A stretch of DNA of 49,955 bases from Myxococcota bacterium (GTDB lineage Bacteria > Myxococcota > JACRCW01). The position numbers and the translations under genes were made by a program. Numbering within the stretch: the first letter of the stretch is position 1; every line of letters begins with the position of its first letter. The DNA is taken from the NCBI GenBank assembly GCA_040752415.1, contig JBFMGU010000047.1, positions 1-49,955 of the forward strand, read 5' to 3'. The notes under the pieces are model-generated. The model was not told the origin of the DNA. It saw only the letters and a list, made by a program, of their open reading frames with translations, and searched no databases. Of this stretch, positions 1 through 11,100 are shown piece by piece.

Positions 1-292
1 CCTTCCAACGCAGCTCGCGCATCCTGGGGCCCTGGCATGGGCCGTCCCTGTTCCAGTGCGGCCTGAATGGGAAGCCCTTCTTCATGCCCGGTCCGTATGA
101 CGACGTGCTCAAGGTCCTTGCCACCCTGCGCCAGCACGTGGGCGACGGGAACTTTGACTTCGTCGCACCCGAGTTCTGACGCTGGCCCGCAAACGCGTGT
201 TTGCAACGCGGTGCGTCCAACCCACTGGATGAATCCGATGCGGTTGATTATGAGGGCGCACCCCTCATTCGCCTGCGGAGGATTGATCACAC

Positions 293-2485
<2,193 letters not shown>

Positions 2486-2502
2486 GCTGCTCCTTCCGCG
2501 CT

Positions 2503-2553
2503 CCCGCCCGCGACTGCGCTTCTCGGGATTGACTGCGCAGTCAGCGGGGCGGG
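2503..2553 (+). terminator. GC-rich hairpin after glnN (possible terminator or RNA-stabilising stem)
   Basis: cccgcccgcgactgcgc pairs imperfectly with gcgcagtcagcggggcggg. Contains the perfect 14-bp palindrome tgactgcgcagtca (2530-2543). No U-tract. Confidence 0.35.
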
Positions 2554-2684
2554 GCGTGGGACCGGCTTCATCGGTCAAACGTCTGACCACACTTCGGGGG
2601 CGAGGGCCTACCCTCCGGGTCCTCATTTTGTCGGGGTGATCTCCCCCGGCCTTTGTCTCCCCACGTCTTTGGAGGTTGCACCGA

Positions 2685-4610
2685 ATGCGCGCGCGTACCC
2701 TGCTTGGTTGGACGCTTGCGACCGTGGCCGCTTGGCCGATGGCCTGCCAGTGCGAGGAGGATCTCGCGGAAGTCCCGGGGAACATCCGCGGACAGTTCTG
2801 CGATCCGGAGACGGGAGAGGGGTTGGGGCGTGTCGAGGTGACGGTGCTTCGCGACACCACGCCGGTGGAGGGAAAGACCGCCGTGGGTGATCCCAAGGGC
2901 AAGTTTACCGTCGAGCAGGTCAGCCCGGGCACCTACAACGTCGTGGGGAAGGCCGGCAGCGTCGAGCGCACCAAGGAAGTGGTGGTGGTGGCGGACCAGT
3001 GGGTCGAGTTTGTGGACGAGGGTTGCCATGAGCCGCCTCCTCCTCCGCCGCCCGAGGGCGGAACCGTGCGCGGCCGCAGTTGCGACGCCGAGGTGGGCGA
3101 GTGGGCCGCATACGCGCAGGCCTGGCTTTCCCTTCCCGGAGACATGAGCGCGGCATATCCCGGCGTGACCGACGGCGAGGGCAAGTACGAGTTCGTCGGC
3201 GTAGCGCCGGGCACGTACGACGTGCACATCGCAAAGGACAACTTCGTCGAGGACATCGCCGGCATCGTGGTGGTCGACGCGCAGGTCACCGACGTGCCGA
3301 GCCCCACGGAGTGCAGCCCGCCGCCGGGTGGCCAGGTGGAAGGCAACGTCTGCGAGGAGAACGTGGGCTGGGTGGCCGGGGCGCAGGTGTACATCAACGT
3401 CACCGGCGGCAACCGCATCGAGACGCTGACCGACGCCAGTGGCCACTTCTCGCTCACCAACGTCCCCGCCGGCGACCAGATTGTCCGCGCGGAGAAGGAC
3501 TTCTTCGCCCGGTCCTGGACGGTCACCGTCGTCAGCGGGCAGACCGCGCAGATTCCCAGCCCCGCCACGTGTGAGCCGCCGCCGCCGCCGCCGGACGCAG
3601 GTTCCGTGCAGGGTCGCGTGTGTGCGCCCGACGGTGAGACGTGGCTGGCCGGTGCCACCGTGTTCGTGGGGACGGACCAGAACACCACGCCCTCGCAGAC
3701 CACCACCGACGCGGACGGCCGCTTCACGCTCACCAACGTGCCCGCCGGTCAGCAGACCATCACGGTGGTGAAGAACTCCTTCACGGCCACCTACACCGTC
3801 GACGTGCCCGCCAACGGCACCGCCACCATTCCCGAGGAGCAGTGCCAGGTCATCCCCACCATCACCAAGGTGGCGGTGGTCAGCGGTGACTACGACAACG
3901 TCCGCTGCGTCCTCACCGGCCAGAACGACCCGCAGGCGAGCCAGTCCGGCCACCCCTGCGAGATTCCTGGCTTGGGGCTGGACCCCGCGAACGTGACGAC
4001 GATTGATGGTCGCAACCTGACGTGGGCAGCCAGCTTCCTCGGCAACTACGCCGCCATGGCGGAGTACGACATCATCTTCTTCAACTGCGGTCTCAAGGAC
4101 TATCCCATCGTCAACGGCAGCAACGCGGGCATCTACGCGGCCAACCTGCGCCAGTTCGTGGAGAGCGGCGGGAGCATCTACGCCAGTGACTGGGCGGCAC
4201 CGGTGATCGAGCGCGCGTTCCCGGAGTTCGTCCAGTGGCAGGGCGGCGCGGGTGGTGCCAACCCCGAGGACATCAACGACGCCAAGGTGGGCATTGCGCA
4301 GGCGGTGACGGCGGAGGTGGTGGACCCGGGCATCCGCGCCGCGCTGGGGCAGCAGCAGATTGACGTCAGCTACGACCTGAACCAGTGGGTGGCCATGAAG
4401 ACCGCCGCCGCCGCCACGCGCATCTACATCCGCGGCAGCGCCGACGCGATCAACTACGACACGTTCGCGACCTACTCGATGGCGAACATCCCGTTCACCG
4501 TCGGGTTCGACGTGGGACAGGGGCGCGTGATCTACACGTCGTTCCACCAGGAGCGGAACATCACGCCGGACATGCAGGCGGTGTTGAACCTCCTCGTCTT
4601 CGAGCTGTGA
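2685..4610 (+). CDS. Exported lipoprotein with four carboxypeptidase-regulatory-like beta-sandwich repeats and a C-terminal class I glutamine-amidotransferase-like domain
   Basis: GGAGG at 2671, ATG at 2685, signal ending WPMAC. Repeats G.(V/I).G..C...TD..G.F....V..G joined by poly-Pro linkers. C-terminal YDIIFFNCG, LRQFVESGGSIYASDWA and GRVIYTSFH. Confidence 0.75.
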   Translation: MRARTLLGWTLATVAAWPMACQCEEDLAEVPGNIRGQFCDPETGEGLGRVEVTVLRDTTPVEGKTAVGDPKGKFTVEQVSPGTYNVVGKAGSVERTKEVVVVADQWVEFVDEGCHEPPPPPPPEGGTVRGRSCDAEVGEWAAYAQAWLSLPGDMSAAYPGVTDGEGKYEFVGVAPGTYDVHIAKDNFVEDIAGIVVVDAQVTDVPSPTECSPPPGGQVEGNVCEENVGWVAGAQVYINVTGGNRIETLTDASGHFSLTNVPAGDQIVRAEKDFFARSWTVTVVSGQTAQIPSPATCEPPPPPPDAGSVQGRVCAPDGETWLAGATVFVGTDQNTTPSQTTTDADGRFTLTNVPAGQQTITVVKNSFTATYTVDVPANGTATIPEEQCQVIPTITKVAVVSGDYDNVRCVLTGQNDPQASQSGHPCEIPGLGLDPANVTTIDGRNLTWAASFLGNYAAMAEYDIIFFNCGLKDYPIVNGSNAGIYAANLRQFVESGGSIYASDWAAPVIERAFPEFVQWQGGAGGANPEDINDAKVGIAQAVTAEVVDPGIRAALGQQQIDVSYDLNQWVAMKTAAAATRIYIRGSADAINYDTFATYSMANIPFTVGFDVGQGRVIYTSFHQERNITPDMQAVLNLLVFEL

Positions 4611-4707
4611 GCTGCTGAGCGCGGGGGCGCGCTTCCTTCCGCGTCCTCGCGTTCGTCAGCGAGCCTGCACTGCGCACAGACCGCGAGGGCGACGCATCGC
4701 GACCCGT

Positions 4708-4998
4708 GCCCGCCTGACCCGCGAGCGCCACCAGTCACGTCGGACACGCGGCGCTCGCCCTCGGAGTGCGGTGCAAGCGCCCATCCCGTTGACGACGACA
4801 CGGTGGGGGCGCGCAGCACCGCCTTGGACGGGTCGGCCGGTGGCCCAGTTGGTTCTCCTGGAAGCGACGAGAACGGATCCAGGGCGGTGCTGCGCGCCCC
4901 CACCGTGTCGTCGTCAACGGGATGGGCGCTTGCACCGCACTCCGAGAGCGAGCGCCGCGTGTCCGACGTGACTGGTGGCGCTCGCGGGTCCGGCGGGC
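4708..4998. repeat. Long inverted repeat (REPIN/MITE-like)
   Basis: Arms 4708-4828 and 4878-4998 (121 bp, about 3 mismatches) around a 49-bp spacer. GGAGTGCGG at 4763, complement at 4935-4943. Lies between convergent genes. Confidence 0.9.
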
Positions 4999-5083
4999 TG
5001 GAGGCATGACTGCCCGCGCCACTGTTGAGGCGGTCGAACCCACGGAATGAACGGCGTCCTTCCCGGGTCGGCCCGGACCGTGG

Positions 5084-6124
5084 TTACTTCACCGCGCCTT
5101 CGCTCTCGACGTCCTGGAACTTGTCGCGGCTGTAACCGCACGCCAGCTTGGGCTTGTTCAACACCGTCTGCGCGTTGCGCTGGTCAATCCGGTCCAGCTC
5201 ATCCTTGGCGGGCATCTTCAACACGTTCTCCAGGGTCTTCTTCCCCTCGGAGAACTGCGCGTCGTCGTCCTCCTTGTAGCCGCGGCACATCAGGCTCACG
5301 CCCAGCTCGAGGTGGGTCGCCACGTCGGGGCGCAGCCGCACGCTCTCACGGTGGAACTCAATGGACTTCTGCTTGTCGCCGCGCGTGCCCGCCACCACCT
5401 TCACAATCCACCAGTCGGGAACGATCCGGTAGAAGATCCCCAGCACGTAGTAGAAGTGCGACTCCAGCGAGTCCTTGTCGAGCTTGTAGGGCTTGCCCTT
5501 GCTCAGGCTCAGCCCCTTCAGCCAGCTCTGCTCCACTTCCTTGGCCAGGCGCAGGCTCTTCAAGACGCCCTTCACCGTGCCCTGACGACCCAGGCTGATC
5601 CCCAGGTACAGGTAGCAGTGCGGGACCTTGTCGCCGGCCTTGGCGATGCACTCCCGACTGAGACGCTCCGCGGCGGCGTAGACCTTCAGCTTCTCGGCGT
5701 CGGGCGCGGTGCGCTTCATCTCGTAGTAGTTGATGAGCGTGCGGACGATGCGCCACTGGATTTCCGGACGCTTCTCCGTGTCGACGGAACCCTTGATGGC
5801 TTCATAGAGCTCCGGGTACGCGGACTTGGGGAAGCGCTCGTCCATCCACGCAATCGCCGCGGCCTCGTCGTCCTTGGGGTAGGCCGCGGGGGCGGCAGGA
5901 GCGGGCGCTGGTGCTTCCGGGGCGGGCTCTGCCGGCGGAGGTGTGGCGGGGGCTGGTGCCGCCTCGGCAGGGGCAGCGGGCGCGGGCTGTTGGCCTTCCG
6001 CAGGCTGGGTGGCCTCCACGTTCTCCGACGCACTTCCCATGCTGAGCAACAGGCCCACGGCCACAACGCCCACGCACAATCCCTGGAACGCGGTCCCCAA
6101 CCCGCGCGGCGACACCTTCTTCAT
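5084..6124 (-). CDS. Exported TPR-like helical protein (RMDN/TatT-like)
   Basis: N-terminal hydrophobic signal, Pro/Ala linker, then TPR-like helices (CYLYLGISLGRQG, FYYVLGIFYRIVPDWW, GDKQKSIEF). GC3-rich codons. Confidence 0.65.
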   Translation of the reverse strand: MKKVSPRGLGTAFQGLCVGVVAVGLLLSMGSASENVEATQPAEGQQPAPAAPAEAAPAPATPPPAEPAPEAPAPAPAAPAAYPKDDEAAAIAWMDERFPKSAYPELYEAIKGSVDTEKRPEIQWRIVRTLINYYEMKRTAPDAEKLKVYAAAERLSRECIAKAGDKVPHCYLYLGISLGRQGTVKGVLKSLRLAKEVEQSWLKGLSLSKGKPYKLDKDSLESHFYYVLGIFYRIVPDWWIVKVVAGTRGDKQKSIEFHRESVRLRPDVATHLELGVSLMCRGYKEDDDAQFSEGKKTLENVLKMPAKDELDRIDQRNAQTVLNKPKLACGYSRDKFQDVESEGAVK

Positions 6125-6257
6125 GTTCTTCCCCGCTACGCGCCCGCAGCTCGCCTACAGGCGCCAGATTTGGGGGCGCATGAGATGGCATCGCTTGGTG
6201 CAGTGTCAAGCTCGGCCCTTGATTTCCGGGCGTTCTTGGCCGCATTGAGCGCCGCCC

Positions 6258-8426
6258 ATGCTGGACCTGTCCCATCTGAACGCGGAGCAGAAGGAGGCCG
6301 TGCTCCACCGCGGCGGACCCCTGTTGGTGCTGGCCGGCGCGGGCACCGGGAAGACGCGCGTCATCGTCCACCGGATTGCCAAGCTGCTCGAGGAGGGCGA
6401 GGCGCCCGATTCCATCCTCGCGCTCACGTTCACGCAGAAGGCGGCCGGGGAGATGCGCGAGCGCATTGCCGCGCTGGTGGGGAAGAAGACCGCGCGTCGA
6501 CTCACCATGGGGACGTTCCACTCCTTCGGCTCCCGCCTGCTCCGCGCCGACGCGCACCGCATTGGCATCCCCAACCAATTCTCCATCCTCGACGAGGGCG
6601 ACCAGCGCGCGCAGGTCCGCAGGCTGTTGCGGGAGGCGCAACTGGATGAGCGTCGTGCCCCCGCTCCCGACGTCATTGCGGCCATCTCGCTGATGAAGAA
6701 CGGCGCGGGCAACGCCGCCAACCTCTCGGGGACGGAGCCCGGTCGGGCCGCGCTGCAGCTGTGCAACAAGTACGACGCGCACCTGCGCGCGCTCGGCGCG
6801 GTGGACTTTGACGACCTGATCCTGCTCCCGGTGCGCCTGTTGCGTGAAGTCCCCGACGTGGCCGCGCGCGTGCGGAACCGGTTCCGTCACATCCTCGTCG
6901 ACGAGTTCCAGGACACGAGCAGCGTGCAGGTGGACCTGCTGGTGGAGACCGCGCGCAGGAGCCGCACCATCTGCGCCGTGGGTGACGACGACCAGGCCAT
7001 CTACGGCTGGCGTGGCGCGGTGGTGGCGCACATCCTGGAGTTCGAGCGGTGGTTCCCGGGCGCGCACGTGGTGAAGCTCACCGAGAACTACCGCTCGACG
7101 GGAAACATCCTCTCCGCCGCCAACGCGGTCATCGCGTGCAATGCCAAGCGTCGGCCCAAGGCGCTGCGCACGACGTCACCGGACGGTCTCCCCGTGCGCA
7201 TCATCCTCTGCAACGACGAGGAGCACGAGGTCCGCGCGGTGGTGGTCCCGCTGGCGCAGGCCGTTCGCGACGGAGCCAAGCCCGAGCGGTTTGCCATCCT
7301 GTTCCGCACCGCGGCGCAGTCGCGTCCGTTCGAGGCGGCGTTGCGGCTGGAAGGGATTCCGTACGTGCTGGTGGGTGGGCAGGACCTCACGGAACGTCGC
7401 GAGGTGAAGGACGTGTTGGCCTACGCGGCCATGATGGCGGGCCGTGACGACGAGATGGCGTTCCGTCGTGTGGTGGCCACGCCCTCACGCGGGGTGGGAC
7501 CCACGAGCGTGGAGAAGGTGGTGGCCCACGCGCGCGCGCAGGGGATTCCGCTCATCCACGCCGCCAAGAGCGCGCGCACGGTGCCGGGGCTGCAGAAGAA
7601 GGCGGTGGCTCCGCTGGAGGAATTGGCGACGATCCTGGCGACTGTCGTCGAGACCCACCAGCGCGCCTCTCAGGGCTCGGACCCCACGGACGTCTTGCGC
7701 GGACTCCTCAAGGACAGCGGCTATCTCGCCAGCCTGGAGGACGACGAGGACCTGGTGCGCGCGAAGCGTCGCGTGGCGACGGTGGATCTCGTGCTGGACA
7801 GCCTCTCCCGACTGGCCACGCGGCTGCACGAGTCGCTGGAGGTGCCCAACGAGGAGACCGCGCGGGTGGCCGTGGACGAGGGCTCCGCGTTGGACCAGCT
7901 GCTGGACCGCATGGCCCTGGACCGCGACGAGCCCGACCGCAACGACGACCGCGACGATCGGCCCGGTGTGCGCCTGATGTCCCTGCACGCGAGCAAGGGG
8001 CTGGAGTTCCCCGTCGTGTACCTGCCGGGGTGGGAGGAAGGGCAGATGCCGCACAAGCGCTCGCTGGCGGATGCGGCGGCCACTCCGGCGCCCGCCGTCG
8101 AGGAGGAAGGCGAGGAGAAGAGCGCGGAGGAGGCCGGTCAGCAGGCGCGGCTGTCCGTGGTTCATTCCGATGGCGTCGAGGAGGAACGCCGGCTGGCCTA
8201 CGTGGGCATCACGCGGGCGCGCGAGGAGCTGATTGTCACGCGGGCGGTGGCGCGACGGAAATACGGGAAGCTGACGCCACGGGATCCCTCGCGTTTCCTG
8301 GGCGAGATGCCTCCTTCCGTCGTCACCGAGGACCAGACGGACCGCGCGTTGACGGAAGAGGAGCAGCGACAGAAGGCAGCGGATATGTTCCGCAAGCTTC
8401 GCGAGCAGCTGGGAGGTGTGAAGTGA
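6258..8426 (+). CDS. SF1A ATP-dependent DNA helicase, UvrD/Rep/PcrA family
   Basis: Motifs AGAGTGKT, TFTQKAAGEM, DEFQDT, VGDDDQAIYGWRGA, ENYRS, HASKGLEF and EERRLAYVGITRA. Short C-terminus is more Rep-like. Confidence 0.95.
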   Translation: MLDLSHLNAEQKEAVLHRGGPLLVLAGAGTGKTRVIVHRIAKLLEEGEAPDSILALTFTQKAAGEMRERIAALVGKKTARRLTMGTFHSFGSRLLRADAHRIGIPNQFSILDEGDQRAQVRRLLREAQLDERRAPAPDVIAAISLMKNGAGNAANLSGTEPGRAALQLCNKYDAHLRALGAVDFDDLILLPVRLLREVPDVAARVRNRFRHILVDEFQDTSSVQVDLLVETARRSRTICAVGDDDQAIYGWRGAVVAHILEFERWFPGAHVVKLTENYRSTGNILSAANAVIACNAKRRPKALRTTSPDGLPVRIILCNDEEHEVRAVVVPLAQAVRDGAKPERFAILFRTAAQSRPFEAALRLEGIPYVLVGGQDLTERREVKDVLAYAAMMAGRDDEMAFRRVVATPSRGVGPTSVEKVVAHARAQGIPLIHAAKSARTVPGLQKKAVAPLEELATILATVVETHQRASQGSDPTDVLRGLLKDSGYLASLEDDEDLVRAKRRVATVDLVLDSLSRLATRLHESLEVPNEETARVAVDEGSALDQLLDRMALDRDEPDRNDDRDDRPGVRLMSLHASKGLEFPVVYLPGWEEGQMPHKRSLADAAATPAPAVEEEGEEKSAEEAGQQARLSVVHSDGVEEERRLAYVGITRAREELIVTRAVARRKYGKLTPRDPSRFLGEMPPSVVTEDQTDRALTEEEQRQKAADMFRKLREQLGGVK

Positions 8427-8947
8427 GACGGGCCGCATGGTTGTGCATGGCTTTGTTGACGGGGTGTCCCAACCCCACGCCCACGCCGGATGCCGCCCAG
8501 CCGCCCGTGGCCACCGACGCCGCACAACCCCGTGACGCCTCCGTCTCCGACGCTGCGCGCGACCTGGACGTCCCCAACTTCGACACGGGGCCAGGCTGCG
8601 GCAGCATCACGCTCTCCGGCGAATGTCGCGACGACGTGCTGGTCTATTGCGAGAACAACCAGGTCCTTGAGTCGGACTGCGCGGCGCGGGGACGACGCTG
8701 CGAGCTGCAGACGGAGCTGGGCGGCTACTGGTGCGTGGGGGCGTTGGGTAGCGTGTGTGACGTCGAGGACACCGATGCGTGCGAGGAGGAAGTGGCCTGC
8801 CTGGATGGCATTTGTGGCGGAATCATCCTCGACGCCGGCGCAGGAGATGGCGGTGTTCCCGACGGCGGGCTCTCCGACGGCGGCGCGACGGACGCGGGCT
8901 CGCTCGACGCTGGAGCAGGCGACGCTGGCACCAACGACGCCGCGTGA
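8423..8947 (+). CDS. Cys-rich lipoprotein with DAG/DGG low-complexity repeats
   Basis: GTG at 8423 overlaps the helicase stop (GTGA), GGAGG at 8412. Lipobox LLTGC, Cys-rich core, tail DAGAGDGGVPDGGLSDGGATDAGSLDAG. Confidence 0.75.
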   Translation: MRRAAWLCMALLTGCPNPTPTPDAAQPPVATDAAQPRDASVSDAARDLDVPNFDTGPGCGSITLSGECRDDVLVYCENNQVLESDCAARGRRCELQTELGGYWCVGALGSVCDVEDTDACEEEVACLDGICGGIILDAGAGDGGVPDGGLSDGGATDAGSLDAGAGDAGTNDAA

Positions 8948-8948
8948 T

Positions 8949-9578
8949 TCACCCCGGCTGCCAGCAGGTCAACGGCGGGTCCCATGCCTCCGCGGCGGAG
9001 GGCACGTCGACACTCGCAAGCACACGGGCGTCCTCCCACGCCACTCCACGCACGGGATGGCCGGAGAGTGCCGCGCGAACCCCGCCTTCCGACGTGAACG
9101 CGAGCACCGGGGCGAACAGCGCGCGCGGCAGCAGCAGGGGATGACCGGGGCGCGCGTCGTGCAAGGGGTGCGCGGCGTGGCCGGTATGTCGCGTGGCCTC
9201 CTGGATGAGCGCGCGTACCAGGGACGGCGTGCACGCGGGCGCGTCGACCGGTGTGAACACCAGCACGTCGACGTCGGGGGCGCGGCGGAGGACCGTGCGG
9301 ACCGAGCCGATGAGCCCGGATTCCCAGTCCTCGTTGTGCAGCGCGATCACGTCTGCGTCGTCGAGGGCGCGGCGCAGGGCCATGAGGGTGGGGCGGTGGG
9401 GTGAGGCCACCACGTCGTCGGGGGGGAGCGTGGTGAACACGGTCTCCGCGCCACCCTCACGGAACGCACGCGCCAGGCTCAGCAGGAGGGGCGGGCCGCC
9501 GCGGGGAGCCAACAGCGCCTTGGGAAAACCCATCCGCGACGACGCACCCGCCGCCGCCACCAGCCCGGCCACGCGCAT
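8949..9578 (-). CDS. mocA: Molybdenum cofactor cytidylyltransferase-like NTP transferase (MocA/MobA family)
   Basis: AAGASSRMGFPKALL, VFTPVDAP, GHPLLLP and SVDVP motifs. Translationally coupled to xdhC. Confidence 0.8.
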   Translation of the reverse strand: MRVAGLVAAAGASSRMGFPKALLAPRGGPPLLLSLARAFREGGAETVFTTLPPDDVVASPHRPTLMALRRALDDADVIALHNEDWESGLIGSVRTVLRRAPDVDVLVFTPVDAPACTPSLVRALIQEATRHTGHAAHPLHDARPGHPLLLPRALFAPVLAFTSEGGVRAALSGHPVRGVAWEDARVLASVDVPSAAEAWDPPLTCWQPG

Positions 9579-10456
9579 CAGCGCGCCTGACGACGTGACT
9601 GCAGGTCCGCGGGCGGGGGCATGGGCTCGTCGGTGACGTCGGTGGGCTGCGCTTCACCCAGCTTCATGCTCATGCTCGGCACGCCCGCCGCCGGCGCCTC
9701 CCCACGACGACGCAGGTGCAACACCTCACTCACGATGCTGATGGCGATCTCCTCGGGCGTCTCCGCTCCCAGGTCCAGCCCGACCGGAGACCGCAACCGC
9801 GCCAGCTCCTCCGACGTGAATCCCTTGTGCAGGCACCGCTCCCGCGTCTTGAGCGCCTTGCGTCGTGAGCCGATCATCCCCAGCCACCGCGCGGGGCGAC
9901 GCAGGCACATCTCGACGAGCTTCTGGTCGAGCTGGTGGTCATGCGTGGTGACCAGGACGAACGCGTTGGGCCCGAAGGGCAGCTTCTCCAGGTCCTCGTG
10001 GTCCAGGCCATCCAGGCGCGTGGCGGCGAGGGGGAAACGCGCTTCCGTGGCGAATCCGTCGCGCCCGTCGGCCACGTGCACGGCGAAGCCCACCGACGGA
10101 AGGATGGCCGCGCACGCCTTGGCCACGTGTCCGCCGCCCAGCAGGATGAACGGGACGGCCACGCCCAATGGCTCCAGGTAGAGGCGCATGGTGCCGCCGC
10201 AGCACATGCCCAGCTCCTGGCCCAGGTGCACCTCCACAAAGCGGGGCTCCCCGGCCTTGAGCACCTCCTTCGCGGATTGCATGGCCTGGTGCTCCACCGC
10301 GCCGCCGCCCACGGTTCCCTCGGCGGTCCCGTCCTCCAGCACCAGCATGCGCGCGCCGGCCTTCCGCGGCGTGGACCCTCGCGCGTCCACCACCGTCACC
10401 AGCACGCCACGACCGCCGGAACGCTCCAGCGCCGCCACCCGCTCGAAAGCAACCAT
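9578..10456 (-). CDS. xdhC: Xanthine dehydrogenase accessory protein XdhC/CoxI
   Basis: GSTPRKAGARM, GTVGGGAVE, LGMCCGG, GGGHVA, THDHQLD, GMIGSRRK and PVGLDLGAETPEEIAISI. Confidence 0.92.
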   Translation of the reverse strand: MVAFERVAALERSGGRGVLVTVVDARGSTPRKAGARMLVLEDGTAEGTVGGGAVEHQAMQSAKEVLKAGEPRFVEVHLGQELGMCCGGTMRLYLEPLGVAVPFILLGGGHVAKACAAILPSVGFAVHVADGRDGFATEARFPLAATRLDGLDHEDLEKLPFGPNAFVLVTTHDHQLDQKLVEMCLRRPARWLGMIGSRRKALKTRERCLHKGFTSEELARLRSPVGLDLGAETPEEIAISIVSEVLHLRRRGEAPAAGVPSMSMKLGEAQPTDVTDEPMPPPADLQSRRQAR

Positions 10457-10488
10457 GCGCGGAGTCTACCCACGGCTCGCGAGCGCCG

Positions 10489-11043
10489 TCAGCCCTTCTT
10501 CCCCTCGGGATTGGCCAGCTGGAAGGTGATGCTCGTGCTCCCGATGATGAACGTGTCCCCGTGGATGAGCGTCCGACGGGAAACCTTCTGTCCGGCCACC
10601 GCCACGCCGTTGCGGCTCCCCAGGTCATGCAGCACGTAGAAGCCGCTGGCCTCCCGCGTGACGGAGGCGTGCTGCCGGCTCACCGCGTCCTCGTCGAGGA
10701 CCACGTCACATTGGTCCTTGTCCCGGCCGATGATGGTGCGCGGGCGGTCCAGCTTGAGCGTGGCCGGCGGAATGCCCTGGCGTGACACCACCAGCACGGC
10801 GGGTTTCTGCTTGCGCTGGCGGACCTTCTTCTCCCGGTCCTGCAGCTTGATCATCCGCGTGGGCTCGGGCGGCGGCTCGGCGGGCTTGGGCGGCGGTGCG
10901 GGGGCCTGGCCGGCCGTCTCGCTCACCTGGCCTCCCGGGTTGGTCCCCAACGGCGCGGAATCCGGTCCCGACGCCGCTGGCGCGCCCGACGGTGGGGCGG
11001 TGCCAGGAGCGGCGGGAGGCGGGGCGGCGGGTTTGTCGGACAT
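10489..11043 (-). CDS. FHA domain protein with Pro/Ala-rich N-terminus
   Basis: FHA signature IGR...VSRQHA...DLGSRNG. Confidence 0.88.
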   Translation of the reverse strand: MSDKPAAPPPAAPGTAPPSGAPAASGPDSAPLGTNPGGQVSETAGQAPAPPPKPAEPPPEPTRMIKLQDREKKVRQRKQKPAVLVVSRQGIPPATLKLDRPRTIIGRDKDQCDVVLDEDAVSRQHASVTREASGFYVLHDLGSRNGVAVAGQKVSRRTLIHGDTFIIGSTSITFQLANPEGKKG

Positions 11044-11100
11044 GGGAGGGCCCGGGGCGCGCCATGATGCTCCGCGGCGCCAGCGTGCACAATCTTCCGT

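Noticed and set aside
184..205. Possible sigma-54 or regulator site upstream of glnN (tggcccgcaaacgc; palindrome gcaaac-gcgt-gtttgc)
   Set aside because: GG-GC spacing is 9 nt rather than 10, and a 6-bp-arm palindrome alone is too weak to call.
4532..5043. Mirror-image small ORFs (MGARSTALD..., QAPIPLTTTRWG...) on both strands
   Set aside because: By-products of the inverted repeat. The same applies to ORFs across 14725-15240 and 29624-30427.
8030..8422. N-terminal extensions of listed ORFs (8030, 16696, 17150, 21797, 25301, 26215, 34196)
   Set aside because: They overlap neighbouring genes or promoters. Downstream starts with an RBS, signal peptide or family-typical N-terminus fit better.
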